A DNA stretch of 56,859 bases from Candidatus Micrarchaeota archaeon (GCA_027011045.1 JALVAT010000040.1:1-56859); one strand, 5' to 3'. Counted from the first letter of the stretch, positions 26,804-35,246 are shown. The notes: generated by a model not told the origin, from the sequence alone. Made by a program: numbers and translations.

Positions 26804-27143
26804 TGCCACGCACTACACTCTTGGTGCTGTAGGTACGGCGGGTGGGCCTGTTTTGACATTTTTCGTAAAGGATCCAATAACTGGGAAGGCGGTTGCCCAC
26901 AAAACGTATAATCTCTTCAGGTTTGGATCGGAGTATCGCTTTGTCCCTAACGATATATACGGCACCGAAAACGACCATCTTTCCCGGGTTGTTGATCGCC
27001 TGCTGGAGGAATATGGCATCCCTGTGCATCACGAAGAGGGTGTTCCTTCCTGGGCGAAACCTGCGGAGTCCAGACATTCTATCCGCGATTTCTACAGCGA
27101 CGTGCACGCCAGAAAAATGAAGTTCAGGCGTTGGAAGGGTTAA
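26769..27143 (+). CDS. Hypothetical protein, possibly the frameshifted continuation of 25577-26803
   Basis: 124 aa. Its reading frame stays open far upstream of its ATG, so one interrupted gene cannot be told apart from two overlapping genes by eye. Confidence 0.4.
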   Translation: MAVGASCYRPDSATHYTLGAVGTAGGPVLTFFVKDPITGKAVAHKTYNLFRFGSEYRFVPNDIYGTENDHLSRVVDRLLEEYGIPVHHEEGVPSWAKPAESRHSIRDFYSDVHARKMKFRRWKG

Positions 27144-27939
27144 GCTTCTCCCTCACAGCTCTTACGACCCTTTCCGGTATATTTGTCAGAACGCCCTCCA
27201 GCTCCACTATCAGCTCTCCTGCCAAAAACCGCGCCTCCTCTTCGAGCTCCGGCGGGATGAGCTCGTCCTTGATCAGATCCCACTGATTGTAGTTTTTGAT
27301 TCGGAATCGCTCATAATCCACGTCACAGAGCCAACTTGCCTTAATTCCCACGTACTCCGGGCAGATCAATTTCTTCCACTCGAGATAGCGTTTTATCCCA
27401 CAGAGATCCAGGTCGTCCAGATACAGAACGCGGTCGTACTTCCGGAGCAACGCCAGGGATGTCCTTCCGGGCATTCCCACGCCGTAGACATCTATTGGAA
27501 TCCCTTCGAGGATCTTCTCCACCCAAGGACGGCAGCTTGGCTTGGTTAATAGTGCCATCTTGTTCTTTACGTCGTTCGGCCCTTGAATCCAGCCGGGCGG
27601 TCCGCAGTCAGGGTGTGGTGATAGTTTTTCCACCCCTACCTCCGTATGCACCCCCGAATCGTCCCTTGCGATGTAGCCCTCCACGGACTTTCTACCGTCC
27701 GTCAGTATTAAGTCCACGCGTTGTGCATCTCCGGTTCTGCTGTGAACGGCGATTCCTCCGATGTATTCCAGTCCGTGAGCCTCTGCAATGCGCTTCAGCT
27801 CGCCCCAATACTGCGTGTCCTTTAGGTCCATCAGGTCATGCTCCGCGAGGATGTAGAACGGATCCCCCCGTGGGTGTTCCGCCTGCCTCTCCAGATATGC
27901 AAGGAAATCGTGCAGGGTTCCCCTAAGCCTGTGCCTCAT
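27124..27939 (-). CDS. Small protein with a C-terminal TopoVI-A/Spo11/JetD-type Toprim domain
   Basis: 271 aa. The C-terminal half shows the ordered Toprim signatures: WVEKILEG (Glu), GVGMPGRTSLALL (G-x-P), LYLDDLDLCGIKRY (DxD-x-G) and a terminal IVELEGVL (compare E-x-E-A-L at the end of TopoVI-A Toprim). The N-terminal ~130 aa are unassigned. It lies 34 bp downstream of the ATPase gene. Confidence 0.6.
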   Translation of the reverse strand: MRHRLRGTLHDFLAYLERQAEHPRGDPFYILAEHDLMDLKDTQYWGELKRIAEAHGLEYIGGIAVHSRTGDAQRVDLILTDGRKSVEGYIARDDSGVHTEVGVEKLSPHPDCGPPGWIQGPNDVKNKMALLTKPSCRPWVEKILEGIPIDVYGVGMPGRTSLALLRKYDRVLYLDDLDLCGIKRYLEWKKLICPEYVGIKASWLCDVDYERFRIKNYNQWDLIKDELIPPELEEEARFLAGELIVELEGVLTNIPERVVRAVREKLNPSNA

Positions 27940-27973
27940 AGTCTTAATTTTGGGAAAAAGATGTAGAAAATGA

Positions 27974-29185
27974 TTACTGAACCCCGCGAGTTGCCACCAA
28001 GTCCCTCGGCGTAACCACTTCCAGTTCCGTCTCAGGTATTTTTTCTCTTGACGGAACGATTATCATCTTTCTTGCTCCTTCAAACTGTTCCAACTTCTTT
28101 TTAGCATTCCGTACATCCGCCTTTGTTATTCTATTCTGCCACTTCACCTCTGCAACGAGTTTTACCTTGTCGAACTCCGCCAGCGCTATATCCACCTCGG
28201 GATCGAATATCTTGACTGCCTGCAGTCCATACGCGTTTGCTAAGAGCCGCTCGAAGAACCACTCCATGTAAATGCCATTCCTCTGTTCCCATACCCTTTC
28301 GAGCATCTTCTCGCCTACAGTGGCGTCAAACGCACCATATTTTGCGTCCAAGTAGTATGCAAAGTCCAGGATCGGTGATAGGTGCCTATATCTGTATCGC
28401 TTTCTGCCAAACACCTTTACTCGTTTCAGCAGATCTGCACGCACCAAGAATTGCAAGTATTTCGTTATCATCCCGGGACTGTCCTTTGGAATTAATCCGT
28501 TAGCGTAGAGTTTGGACGCGATCTCTCCGCTGGTTCGTGCCCCGTCCGCCACCGCCGAGAGGATCGCTACGTATCGTTCTGCATCTGCGCGCTCGGATTC
28601 TATGAGCGTTTCGTTGACGATGGACTGCGCCGTGAACAGGGCAGTCTCCATCCAGTTTTCCTCACTCGCATGTGTGAGCCAGATCTCCTGCGTGCGCATT
28701 GCAACTTCTGCGGCGGTTTTTTCATCATAGAACTTCAGCCAGAACTTCAGGAGATCCCTCGGATCTGGCAGCGATAGTTTCTTCACGGAAAAAAGACCTA
28801 TCAGCGGGCTGTTTTCCCCCATGAGTTTCTGGAGGATGTGGTACGCCGATGTGATGAGCAATACTTTCCCCGTCCCGCTTAACCCTTGTAGTGCTGAGTA
28901 CAGGGGTTCTCCGATGCGGTGGAACTCGTCTATCACTACTCCCTCGCGCACCAAGTATGGCAAGAGCTCCGCGAATGCCTGGCGAGTATACGTTTTCCCT
29001 GTTTTGATGTCATAAATGGTCCCTCCAGTTGTTGCAACTACGTGGTGCCTGTATTTTCCCTTTCTTGCCACGTAGAAGGTTTTCCCCGTTTTTCTTCGCC
29101 CGTATATCATCCCCCATTTTGCGGATGCAAGGAAGTTGTCTAGTTCTCGCCTTGGAATTACTATACCATCAGGTATTATACTCAT
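27974..29185 (-). CDS. Archaeal ATPase (Arch_ATPase AAA+ family) with a C-terminal DUF234, PD-(D/E)xK-like domain
   Basis: Walker A is IYGRRKTGKTF and Walker B is GVVIDEFHRI. A wHTH-like middle region (GARTSGEIASKL) is followed by the C-terminal DPEVDIALAEFDKVKLVAEVKW. Confidence 0.85.
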   Translation of the reverse strand: MSIIPDGIVIPRRELDNFLASAKWGMIYGRRKTGKTFYVARKGKYRHHVVATTGGTIYDIKTGKTYTRQAFAELLPYLVREGVVIDEFHRIGEPLYSALQGLSGTGKVLLITSAYHILQKLMGENSPLIGLFSVKKLSLPDPRDLLKFWLKFYDEKTAAEVAMRTQEIWLTHASEENWMETALFTAQSIVNETLIESERADAERYVAILSAVADGARTSGEIASKLYANGLIPKDSPGMITKYLQFLVRADLLKRVKVFGRKRYRYRHLSPILDFAYYLDAKYGAFDATVGEKMLERVWEQRNGIYMEWFFERLLANAYGLQAVKIFDPEVDIALAEFDKVKLVAEVKWQNRITKADVRNAKKKLEQFEGARKMIIVPSREKIPETELEVVTPRDLVATRGVQ

Positions 29186-29220
29186 GGGTATAATTACTGC
29201 AAAGGAAAATAAAAAAGTTG

Positions 29221-31572
29221 TTACTGGATCCGGTGGGTTGCCACCAGATCCTTTCTGAAGGGCTCCAGTTCCTCTGGAATCTCTATGCCCTCGATGGGCT
29301 CGTAGAACTTAATGCCCCTTTCCTTCTTCGTGTTCCACACGTAGCTGTTGAACTCTGCGATCTTCTCCGTTAGCTCGGAGTAGTCCTTGATGCCTTCGAT
29401 CGCTGCCGGGAACTCCTGTGCGTGGATGCTTCTTTCGTCGTAAAGCTCTCTCCAGATCTTGTCGGTAATTGCCGGTATTATGGGTGCGAACAGTAGCAGT
29501 ATCTGGCGGAGAACTTCGTAGAGCGTCCACCTCGCTGCCTTGCTCTCCTCCTCGCTGAAGCCCTCTTCGCCGCGCGCCCTCCTCTTGACGAGCTCGATGT
29601 AGTGGTCGGCAAAGACGTTCCATGTGAACTTTCTCAGCTCCAGCGCAGCATTGTGGAAGTCGAACTCCTTGTAATACTGGATCACCCTCTCGCGCACGCG
29701 GTTCAGTTCTGAGAGGATCCACTCGTCCGTTGGCTCGAGCTTCGGCCGCTCCTCCGCCGGCTCGAACATGGATATAAACCTTGCTATGTTCCAGAGCTTG
29801 GTGAGGAACTTGCCGGCTCCCTGGATCTTCTGCTCGGAGATGCGGTAGTTCTCTCCTATGCTCGTCTCCAGCGCTATGTACATCCTCAGGGCGTCCGTGC
29901 CGTACTTGTTTATGATCTCGAAGGGGTCAATGACGTTGCCCAGGCTCTTGCTCATCTTCCTGCCCTTCTCGTCGAGCCCCATGCCGTTGATGAATACCTT
30001 GTCAAAGGCCCTCTTGCCCGTGAGCTGGTGCACGCGGAGCAGAGAGTAGTAGAGCCACGTTCTGATGATCTCATAGCCCTGTGGGCGGAGCTTTGTACCC
30101 TCGAGGAACGTCTTCTTGAAGAACTCCTCATCGCGCATCCAGCGCGTTATGAAGAGCACCGAGATGGACGAGTCCATCCACGTGTCCAGCGTCCTCCACT
30201 CGCCCTCTACGTCCTCAGGATTCCAGCCCTCTGGCAGCTTCGGCGGCAGCTCCTTCCATGGCTTTCTGTACTTGCCGTCTGCATAAACGAAGCGTTCGCC
30301 CGTCTTCTTGTTGTACCATATGGGCAGCTCCGTTCCGTAGTAGCGCCTGCGGGAGATCGGCCAGTCCACCGTGACGGAATTAATCCAGTTGAGCAGGTGC
30401 TGCTTGTACTTTTCCGGATACCACTCTATTTCCTCCACGTACTTTCGCAGCGTGTCCAGGAACTCCGTTTGCTTGAGGTAGTACTCCTTCATGGGGATTA
30501 TTTCTATCTCGTGCTTGCAGCGCTCGTGCACGGGCACTTTATGTTTTATGGGCTTCTTATCGACGAGAAGACCTTCGCGCTCCAGGTCCTCCACGATGGC
30601 CTTCCTCGCTTCCTTCCCCGTCAGCCCTGCGTACTTCCCTGCAACCTCCGTGAGCTTCCCCTCAGTGTCTATCACCTTCACCGGCTCCAGCTTCAGTTCG
30701 CGGAAGATGCGCACGTCGTTTACGTCGCCGAAGGAACAGATGTGGACAACGCCCGTGCCGAACTCGGGATCTGCCTCCTTGTGTGGTATGATGGGTATCT
30801 CTCGGCCGATGAGCGGCACGATGGCGGTCTTTCCGTGCAGGTGCTTGTAGCGCTCGTCGTCTGGGTGGACGATGATTGCCTTACATCCGAACAATAGTTC
30901 TGGCCGCGTCGTTGCAACGATGAGATCCTCGCCCGTTTCCTTTACCTTGTACTTGATGTAGTAGAGCATGCCGTCCTTCTCTTTGTACTCGATCTCCGCG
31001 TCCGCTATGGTTGTCTTACAGTGTGGACACCAGTTGTTCGGTCTTTCCGCCTCGTAGATCAGTCCCTTGTCCCAGAGGATCTTGAAGGTGAGCTGCGTTA
31101 GCCCGCGGTACTCCGGCCAGTCCGTCTGGTAGTAGTTCTCCTCGTAATCCCCTGACAGCTCCAATCTCTTCATGATCTCCTTCATCTTTTCCGTCCACTG
31201 GTCCAAATACTGTCTGCACAGCCGCTCGAAGTCGTCCCTGTCGTGCTCCCACATGTTTATATGTTCGTACTTCTCCACGTACATTTCGATGGGTATCCCA
31301 TTTCGGTCCATGCCGATGGGGTATAGGACGTTGTAGCCGAGCATCCTGTGGATGCGTGCGATGATATCCTGCATGGAGTACGAAACCGCGGCGCCTATGT
31401 GCCAAACGGGTGCTGGATACGGTGGTGGCGTGTCAATGACGAACGACGGTTTGTCAGAATTCGGATCGAACTTCCACCAATCCTCGCTTTCCCACTTTCG
31501 GATCATCTCTTCCTCAAAATCAATCTTCCAGCGCTTCTCCTTAATCCGTGGTTCGGCGGACCCGTCCATCAC
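29221..31572 (-). CDS. valS: Valyl-tRNA synthetase (archaeal type, short C-terminus)
   Basis: Contains FVIDTPPPYP...DIIARIHRMLGYNVLYPIGMDRNGIPIE, the editing-domain motif TTRPELLFGCKAIIVHPDDERY, DWPISRRRYYGTELPIW and KMSKSLGNVIDP. The HIGH position reads WHIGAA. Confidence 0.9.
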   Translation of the reverse strand: MMDGSAEPRIKEKRWKIDFEEEMIRKWESEDWWKFDPNSDKPSFVIDTPPPYPAPVWHIGAAVSYSMQDIIARIHRMLGYNVLYPIGMDRNGIPIEMYVEKYEHINMWEHDRDDFERLCRQYLDQWTEKMKEIMKRLELSGDYEENYYQTDWPEYRGLTQLTFKILWDKGLIYEAERPNNWCPHCKTTIADAEIEYKEKDGMLYYIKYKVKETGEDLIVATTRPELLFGCKAIIVHPDDERYKHLHGKTAIVPLIGREIPIIPHKEADPEFGTGVVHICSFGDVNDVRIFRELKLEPVKVIDTEGKLTEVAGKYAGLTGKEARKAIVEDLEREGLLVDKKPIKHKVPVHERCKHEIEIIPMKEYYLKQTEFLDTLRKYVEEIEWYPEKYKQHLLNWINSVTVDWPISRRRYYGTELPIWYNKKTGERFVYADGKYRKPWKELPPKLPEGWNPEDVEGEWRTLDTWMDSSISVLFITRWMRDEEFFKKTFLEGTKLRPQGYEIIRTWLYYSLLRVHQLTGKRAFDKVFINGMGLDEKGRKMSKSLGNVIDPFEIINKYGTDALRMYIALETSIGENYRISEQKIQGAGKFLTKLWNIARFISMFEPAEERPKLEPTDEWILSELNRVRERVIQYYKEFDFHNAALELRKFTWNVFADHYIELVKRRARGEEGFSEEESKAARWTLYEVLRQILLLFAPIIPAITDKIWRELYDERSIHAQEFPAAIEGIKDYSELTEKIAEFNSYVWNTKKERGIKFYEPIEGIEIPEELEPFRKDLVATHRIQ

Positions 31573-31732
31573 CTTTCACCTTCCTCACCTCCATATAATC
31601 CTGCGTTTTTGTTTTAAATAAGGAGTATCATCTCTCGCGTTTAATCCTCTTTGGGTTCCGTGGGAAAGAGTGCCACCAGTTTGGCGAGGAAATCGAGTAA
31701 TCGAGCAGAGACCCAGCGCGAAGATCTATTGA

Positions 31733-32098
31733 TTATAAATAGCCCTTTTTCTTCACTTTTTGATATGCTTTGTCCAGTTTTCTATCTAACGTCATCAGTT
31801 CAGCCTGTTTCTTTGTGGCGAAGTATACGTACGCCGCGTCGTACGCGGTGAGGTTGTACTTCTTGGCGATAGTTAAAATCTTTGGCAAATCGTCTGTTTG
31901 AACACGAATAACCTCCAGATCGAGCGTGGCTAGATACTTGAGCAGTGTTTCCCCCTCATTTTCGCTGATGTCCTTCCGTTCTATTGCTTTTTTCACAACG
32001 TTCGTTATTTCATACAGCGTGAGATCGAGTATCGCCCCTGTCAGGTCCTCACCACGGGTAATGGCATCTACAAGGTATGAAGTGTCGTAAATCCGCAT
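31733..32098 (-). CDS. vapC: PIN-domain toxin (VapC)
   Basis: 121 aa with acidic PIN residues in IYDTSYLV, LTLYEI, LTAYDAAYVY and MTLDRKL. There is a 1-nt spacer to the upstream antitoxin ORF. Confidence 0.85.
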   Translation of the reverse strand: MRIYDTSYLVDAITRGEDLTGAILDLTLYEITNVVKKAIERKDISENEGETLLKYLATLDLEVIRVQTDDLPKILTIAKKYNLTAYDAAYVYFATKKQAELMTLDRKLDKAYQKVKKKGYL

Positions 32099-32099
32099 A

Positions 32100-32318
32100 T
32101 TACCGCCTCAGCTCGTCCAGTGCTTCCCGTACGGTTTCTATTTTTATTCTTGCTGCGATTCTTGCCACCTGCTTTTTCAGACGCTCCCGTTCCTTCCTGC
32201 GTTCTTCCTCGATGATTTGCTCAAGCGTTTTCTCAAGCACCTTAGAGATAATGATCCCCCTGCGCTTCGCTTCGCGGTAGATGTCTTCCCTAATCCTCAC
32301 AGTGGTCACCTTGTACAT
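32100..32318 (-). CDS. vapB: VapB-like antitoxin
   Basis: About 72 aa from the internal ATG at 32318: MYKVTTVRIREDIYREAKRRG followed by a charged helical tail. It is tightly coupled to vapC. The start is chosen to clear the upstream Cas4-like gene stop at 32344. Confidence 0.65.
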   Translation of the reverse strand: MYKVTTVRIREDIYREAKRRGIIISKVLEKTLEQIIEEERRKERERLKKQVARIAARIKIETVREALDELRR

Positions 32319-32343
32319 ATTTACAATATATACGCGACAGTAT

Positions 32344-32952
32344 TTAACCTTTGCAGATCCTTCTGAAGGGACAGTCCTCGCACACGCTCGGATCTTCACT
32401 CCTTGGGAACGTGCCAGCGCGAACCATTGAGAAAAACCTCCGCTTAAGCGATTCTATGAATTCCTTATCCGATTCGTCGAATTTCTTCTCCCAGAGCACT
32501 TCCTCATCGCGCGTCCTCGCTATCCTGACGGTTATGTGTTCGTACCCGTAGGGGGCGAGTGCCGCGGCGTATGCAAGGGCCTGAATCTTCCCACGCTCCG
32601 ATAACGATGCCTTGAAGTCTATGATCACAGCTTCCTCGGGATACAGCTGAATCTCGTCGATGATTCCGTACAGTCCGTTTCCAAGAATTTCGATCTCACG
32701 CCCGAGGAGCGTCTCCCCTGTTCGCGCTATGTCTATTGCTATGGCAAGGGGTATTTTTCTGTCCGCTCTCTCCTTGTGCTCGTTGTACTTCTTGGCGTGT
32801 GCCCTTGCGCCGTTGATCATCGCGTAGGTTAGCTTCTGCCCCAACACCTTTCGATATAGGAAGCGACGGGGGCAGATGTAAAAATCGGCGAGGTCCGTCA
32901 CGGTTATCGCGTTGGGCGGCTTGCCGTTCTTCGGGCTGACAAAGTAGATCAC
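32344..32952 (-). CDS. Cas4-family PD-(D/E)xK nuclease with a 4-Cys cluster, stand-alone
   Basis: 202 aa. Cys ligands are FYICPRRF plus the C-terminal CEDCPFRRIC (C-x2-C-x5-C). RecB-like motifs are GIIDEI, IIDFKAS and QALAYAAAL (QxxxY). Confidence 0.8.
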   Translation of the reverse strand: MIYFVSPKNGKPPNAITVTDLADFYICPRRFLYRKVLGQKLTYAMINGARAHAKKYNEHKERADRKIPLAIAIDIARTGETLLGREIEILGNGLYGIIDEIQLYPEEAVIIDFKASLSERGKIQALAYAAALAPYGYEHITVRIARTRDEEVLWEKKFDESDKEFIESLKRRFFSMVRAGTFPRSEDPSVCEDCPFRRICKG

Positions 32953-33091
32953 GTTCCAATTTCGTCTTGGGGGTTTTTAATGCTCTTCAAGCCCTGCCTT
33001 TCCGATATTTCCTTTGTTCCGGAAATTGAGATTTGTTGCCCCCGCCAGAGACACCGGTTCATTCCATCCCCGGGCGTCGCGAGCGGGGGCT

Positions 33092-33301
33092 TTAATCTTC
33101 TGGCCCAAAGATTTCTTCAATTTTCTTGCCAAAGAACCGGGCAATCTTGAAGGCCAGCCGCAGGGACGGGTCGTATTTTCCCTTCTCAATGGCGATGATC
33201 GTTTGCCTCGTCACTCCCAACGCCTCTGCCAGCCCCTCCTGCGTTATTCCCATCTCCTGGCGAAGCTCCCTCAGCCGATTCTTCAATGTGTGTCCCTCCA
33301 T
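33092..33301 (-). CDS. XRE-family HTH transcriptional regulator
   Basis: 69 aa from the internal ATG: LKNRLRELRQEMGITQEGLAEALGVTRQTIIAIEKGKYDPSLRLAFKIARFF. Confidence 0.85.
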   Translation of the reverse strand: MEGHTLKNRLRELRQEMGITQEGLAEALGVTRQTIIAIEKGKYDPSLRLAFKIARFFGKKIEEIFGPED

Positions 33302-33681
33302 TCCAAATACAGGTATATTGCAGTCCATATGAAGAGTATTGCGAAGCCCGTGGCGAGCAGAGCCGTGCCAATCGATGGTGTGGGGACAGCTATGCCCCCA
33401 CCGGTTATTGCCAGTGTTCCAGCCACGGCGATCAGCGTGTACTTGGCTGCAACGGCCAGGTTCTTCTCTCTGCGCTCGTCCCAGCTCTCGTAGTCCGACA
33501 GGGCCAGTAAAATTGCCACGGTTGCCGTGGTTATGATTGCAGCGATGAGCGCGCCGGTATATTCTCCCTCACCGATCAGATCTCCAACCGTAACTCCCCC
33601 GGCTATTGCGAGCAAGAGCACCAGTGGGTTCGTACGTGATCCCCTTCGCCTTCCCGTCCTCATATACACGTATACTCTCAT
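33283..33681 (-). CDS. DUF2178-like four-TM membrane protein
   Basis: 132 aa from the ATG at 33681, which overlaps the upstream stop in an ATGA arrangement. It has four TM helices with SDYESWDERREKNL between helices 2 and 3. A membrane partner of this kind is typical next to small XRE regulators. Confidence 0.6.
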   Translation of the reverse strand: MRVYVYMRTGRRRGSRTNPLVLLLAIAGGVTVGDLIGEGEYTGALIAAIITTATVAILLALSDYESWDERREKNLAVAAKYTLIAVAGTLAITGGGIAVPTPSIGTALLATGFAILFIWTAIYLYLEWRDTH

Positions 33682-34322
33682 CGTTCGCGCCTCCATACTA
33701 CGTATGCAGACACTGCCGCCGCGATGAATCCCGCGAGGATTATTACAAGTCCGACAACGGGGGAAACGATACCAATGCCGCTTAGCGCCACAAGCACACC
33801 ACCAATAATGAGAGCAGTCCCTCCGATCCTGTTGCTGACTTCCCACGCCTCCTCTGATTCAAGGCCCCACGGCGTTCTAATGCCCACAGCCCAGTTCTGC
33901 TTAGAAACAAAAGTTACCGCGCCAGCCACGGAGATGATTGCACCTACTCCTACCATCGTCACGGCGTTCGCATTTATACGATACCCACTCGTCTGGAGGA
34001 TCGCCGTCGACAGAATGAGTGCTAGAATTGCCGAGAATCCGATCACCAGAGCATTATATGCGCGGGAGAACTTTCTTACGTTCTCTTGGCGCGGGTACAC
34101 AAAGCGGATGACCCATACAACGATGGTGATCTCTGCCAGCGTTGCCACGAGTGCGGGAATATCCTTAGCCGTGGTCCAGCCGTTTGGCTTCCCGTTTATT
34201 CCCCAGTGTGTGGGAATCTTTGCCGTGGGCGGCAGGTGGGTGGCGTGTAGGATTGCCAGGGGTATGGTCCACACGAGCAGTGCTATAAGGAGCGCTATGA
34301 CATCGAACCTATCCATACACAT
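33678..34322 (-). CDS. SdpI/YhfL-family membrane protein (DUF1648 plus SdpI domain)
   Basis: Contains KIPTHWGINGKPNGWTTAKD (DUF1648) and NWAVGIRTPWGLESEEAWEVSNRIGG (SdpI signature), with 6 TM helices. Confidence 0.7.
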   Translation of the reverse strand: MCMDRFDVIALLIALLVWTIPLAILHATHLPPTAKIPTHWGINGKPNGWTTAKDIPALVATLAEITIVVWVIRFVYPRQENVRKFSRAYNALVIGFSAILALILSTAILQTSGYRINANAVTMVGVGAIISVAGAVTFVSKQNWAVGIRTPWGLESEEAWEVSNRIGGTALIIGGVLVALSGIGIVSPVVGLVIILAGFIAAAVSAYVVWRRER

Positions 34323-34684
34323 CCCTCCAGTTCAGCGCAAAGTACGCCACGTTCCATACGGATGCCGGGCACCACCATGCCCGCGAAGAGCGCGGAGGCT
34401 TCCGTGTATCCGAGCAAGTTCGCGTATGCCCCCGCTATCAGCCCCACAATGGTGCTTACCCGAACGGCGATGAGCGCCGCATCCTTTGATCGCACTACCA
34501 TGCGCTCGTCTGCCTTCTGAACCGGCCCTGGGGCAGCAGTGATCGCGGTTATGATTGCCGTGGCGACGATTACTTCCACAGTGAATAGGGCCGCGTTGCC
34601 CCTTCTCGCCGCATCGCCCATGAGCCAGCCCGGCGTTGCGAGCACGAGCACCACGAGGATTGCTCTCAGGGTACGCCGTTCCAT
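34295..34684 (-). CDS. Membrane protein, function unknown; first gene of the SdpI-like operon
   Basis: 129 aa with 3-4 hydrophobic helices. It overlaps the next gene by 28 nt. Confidence 0.5.
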   Translation of the reverse strand: MERRTLRAILVVLVLATPGWLMGDAARRGNAALFTVEVIVATAIITAITAAPGPVQKADERMVVRSKDAALIAVRVSTIVGLIAGAYANLLGYTEASALFAGMVVPGIRMERGVLCAELEGCVWIGSMS

Positions 34685-34769
34685 GTTATCACCAGTGTGT
34701 AAAGGATACTTTACGTTAATAAAACTTTACAACCACATTCCTTATATTCAACCTCGGCGAATTTGCCAT

Positions 34770-35246
34770 ATGGAGCCCCTTTACCGTGGCATAGTCGAGC
34801 GGGCCAGGAAGTACCCCACGTTTTGGGAGTTTCTTCAGCAGCACCTGACGCCGAAGTATTTAGAGCTCCACCGGCAGCACCTTGGCGAGGATGAGCACTA
34901 CAGGGCCGTTTTGAACAGTAGGGGCGGGATATTCGATAAGAATCCTGCCCTGTTTACAAAGCTTCACGAGGGGCTTGGACTGCTTGCTGGAATCTCTCCA
35001 GACTCCAAAAAACGCGATCCCCTGCTGAAGGAGCTTCATGTGTTGCGTGTTAACCCCAAGTATGCGGAGGAACTTGCCCACGAGATGGCCATTGCCGCAG
35101 TTGGTCTTGAAAAGGTCCGCGGAAAGCCCCTCTGGGAAGTGCCGCTGGCCGACGCGGTTAGCGCGCTCAAGAACGCCGCTTGGAAGATTCACAAGCGTTA
35201 TGAGGAGAGGGAGCCTGTGCTCATAGGTCCTGGAACAATTGTTTGA
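34770..35246 (+). CDS. Hypothetical helical protein
   Basis: 158 aa from the ATG at 34770, with an AT-rich TATA-like stretch upstream (TTTACGTTAATAAAAC). No motif recognised. Confidence 0.55.
   Translation: MEPLYRGIVERARKYPTFWEFLQQHLTPKYLELHRQHLGEDEHYRAVLNSRGGIFDKNPALFTKLHEGLGLLAGISPDSKKRDPLLKELHVLRVNPKYAEELAHEMAIAAVGLEKVRGKPLWEVPLADAVSALKNAAWKIHKRYEEREPVLIGPGTIV

Noticed and set aside
32953-33091. A long-range stem GCCCCCGC...GCGGGGGC downstream of the XRE gene, considered as a possible ncRNA.
   Set aside because: It is a single imperfect hairpin in a 3' intergenic region and is most simply a terminator-like structure. There is nothing else distinctive.
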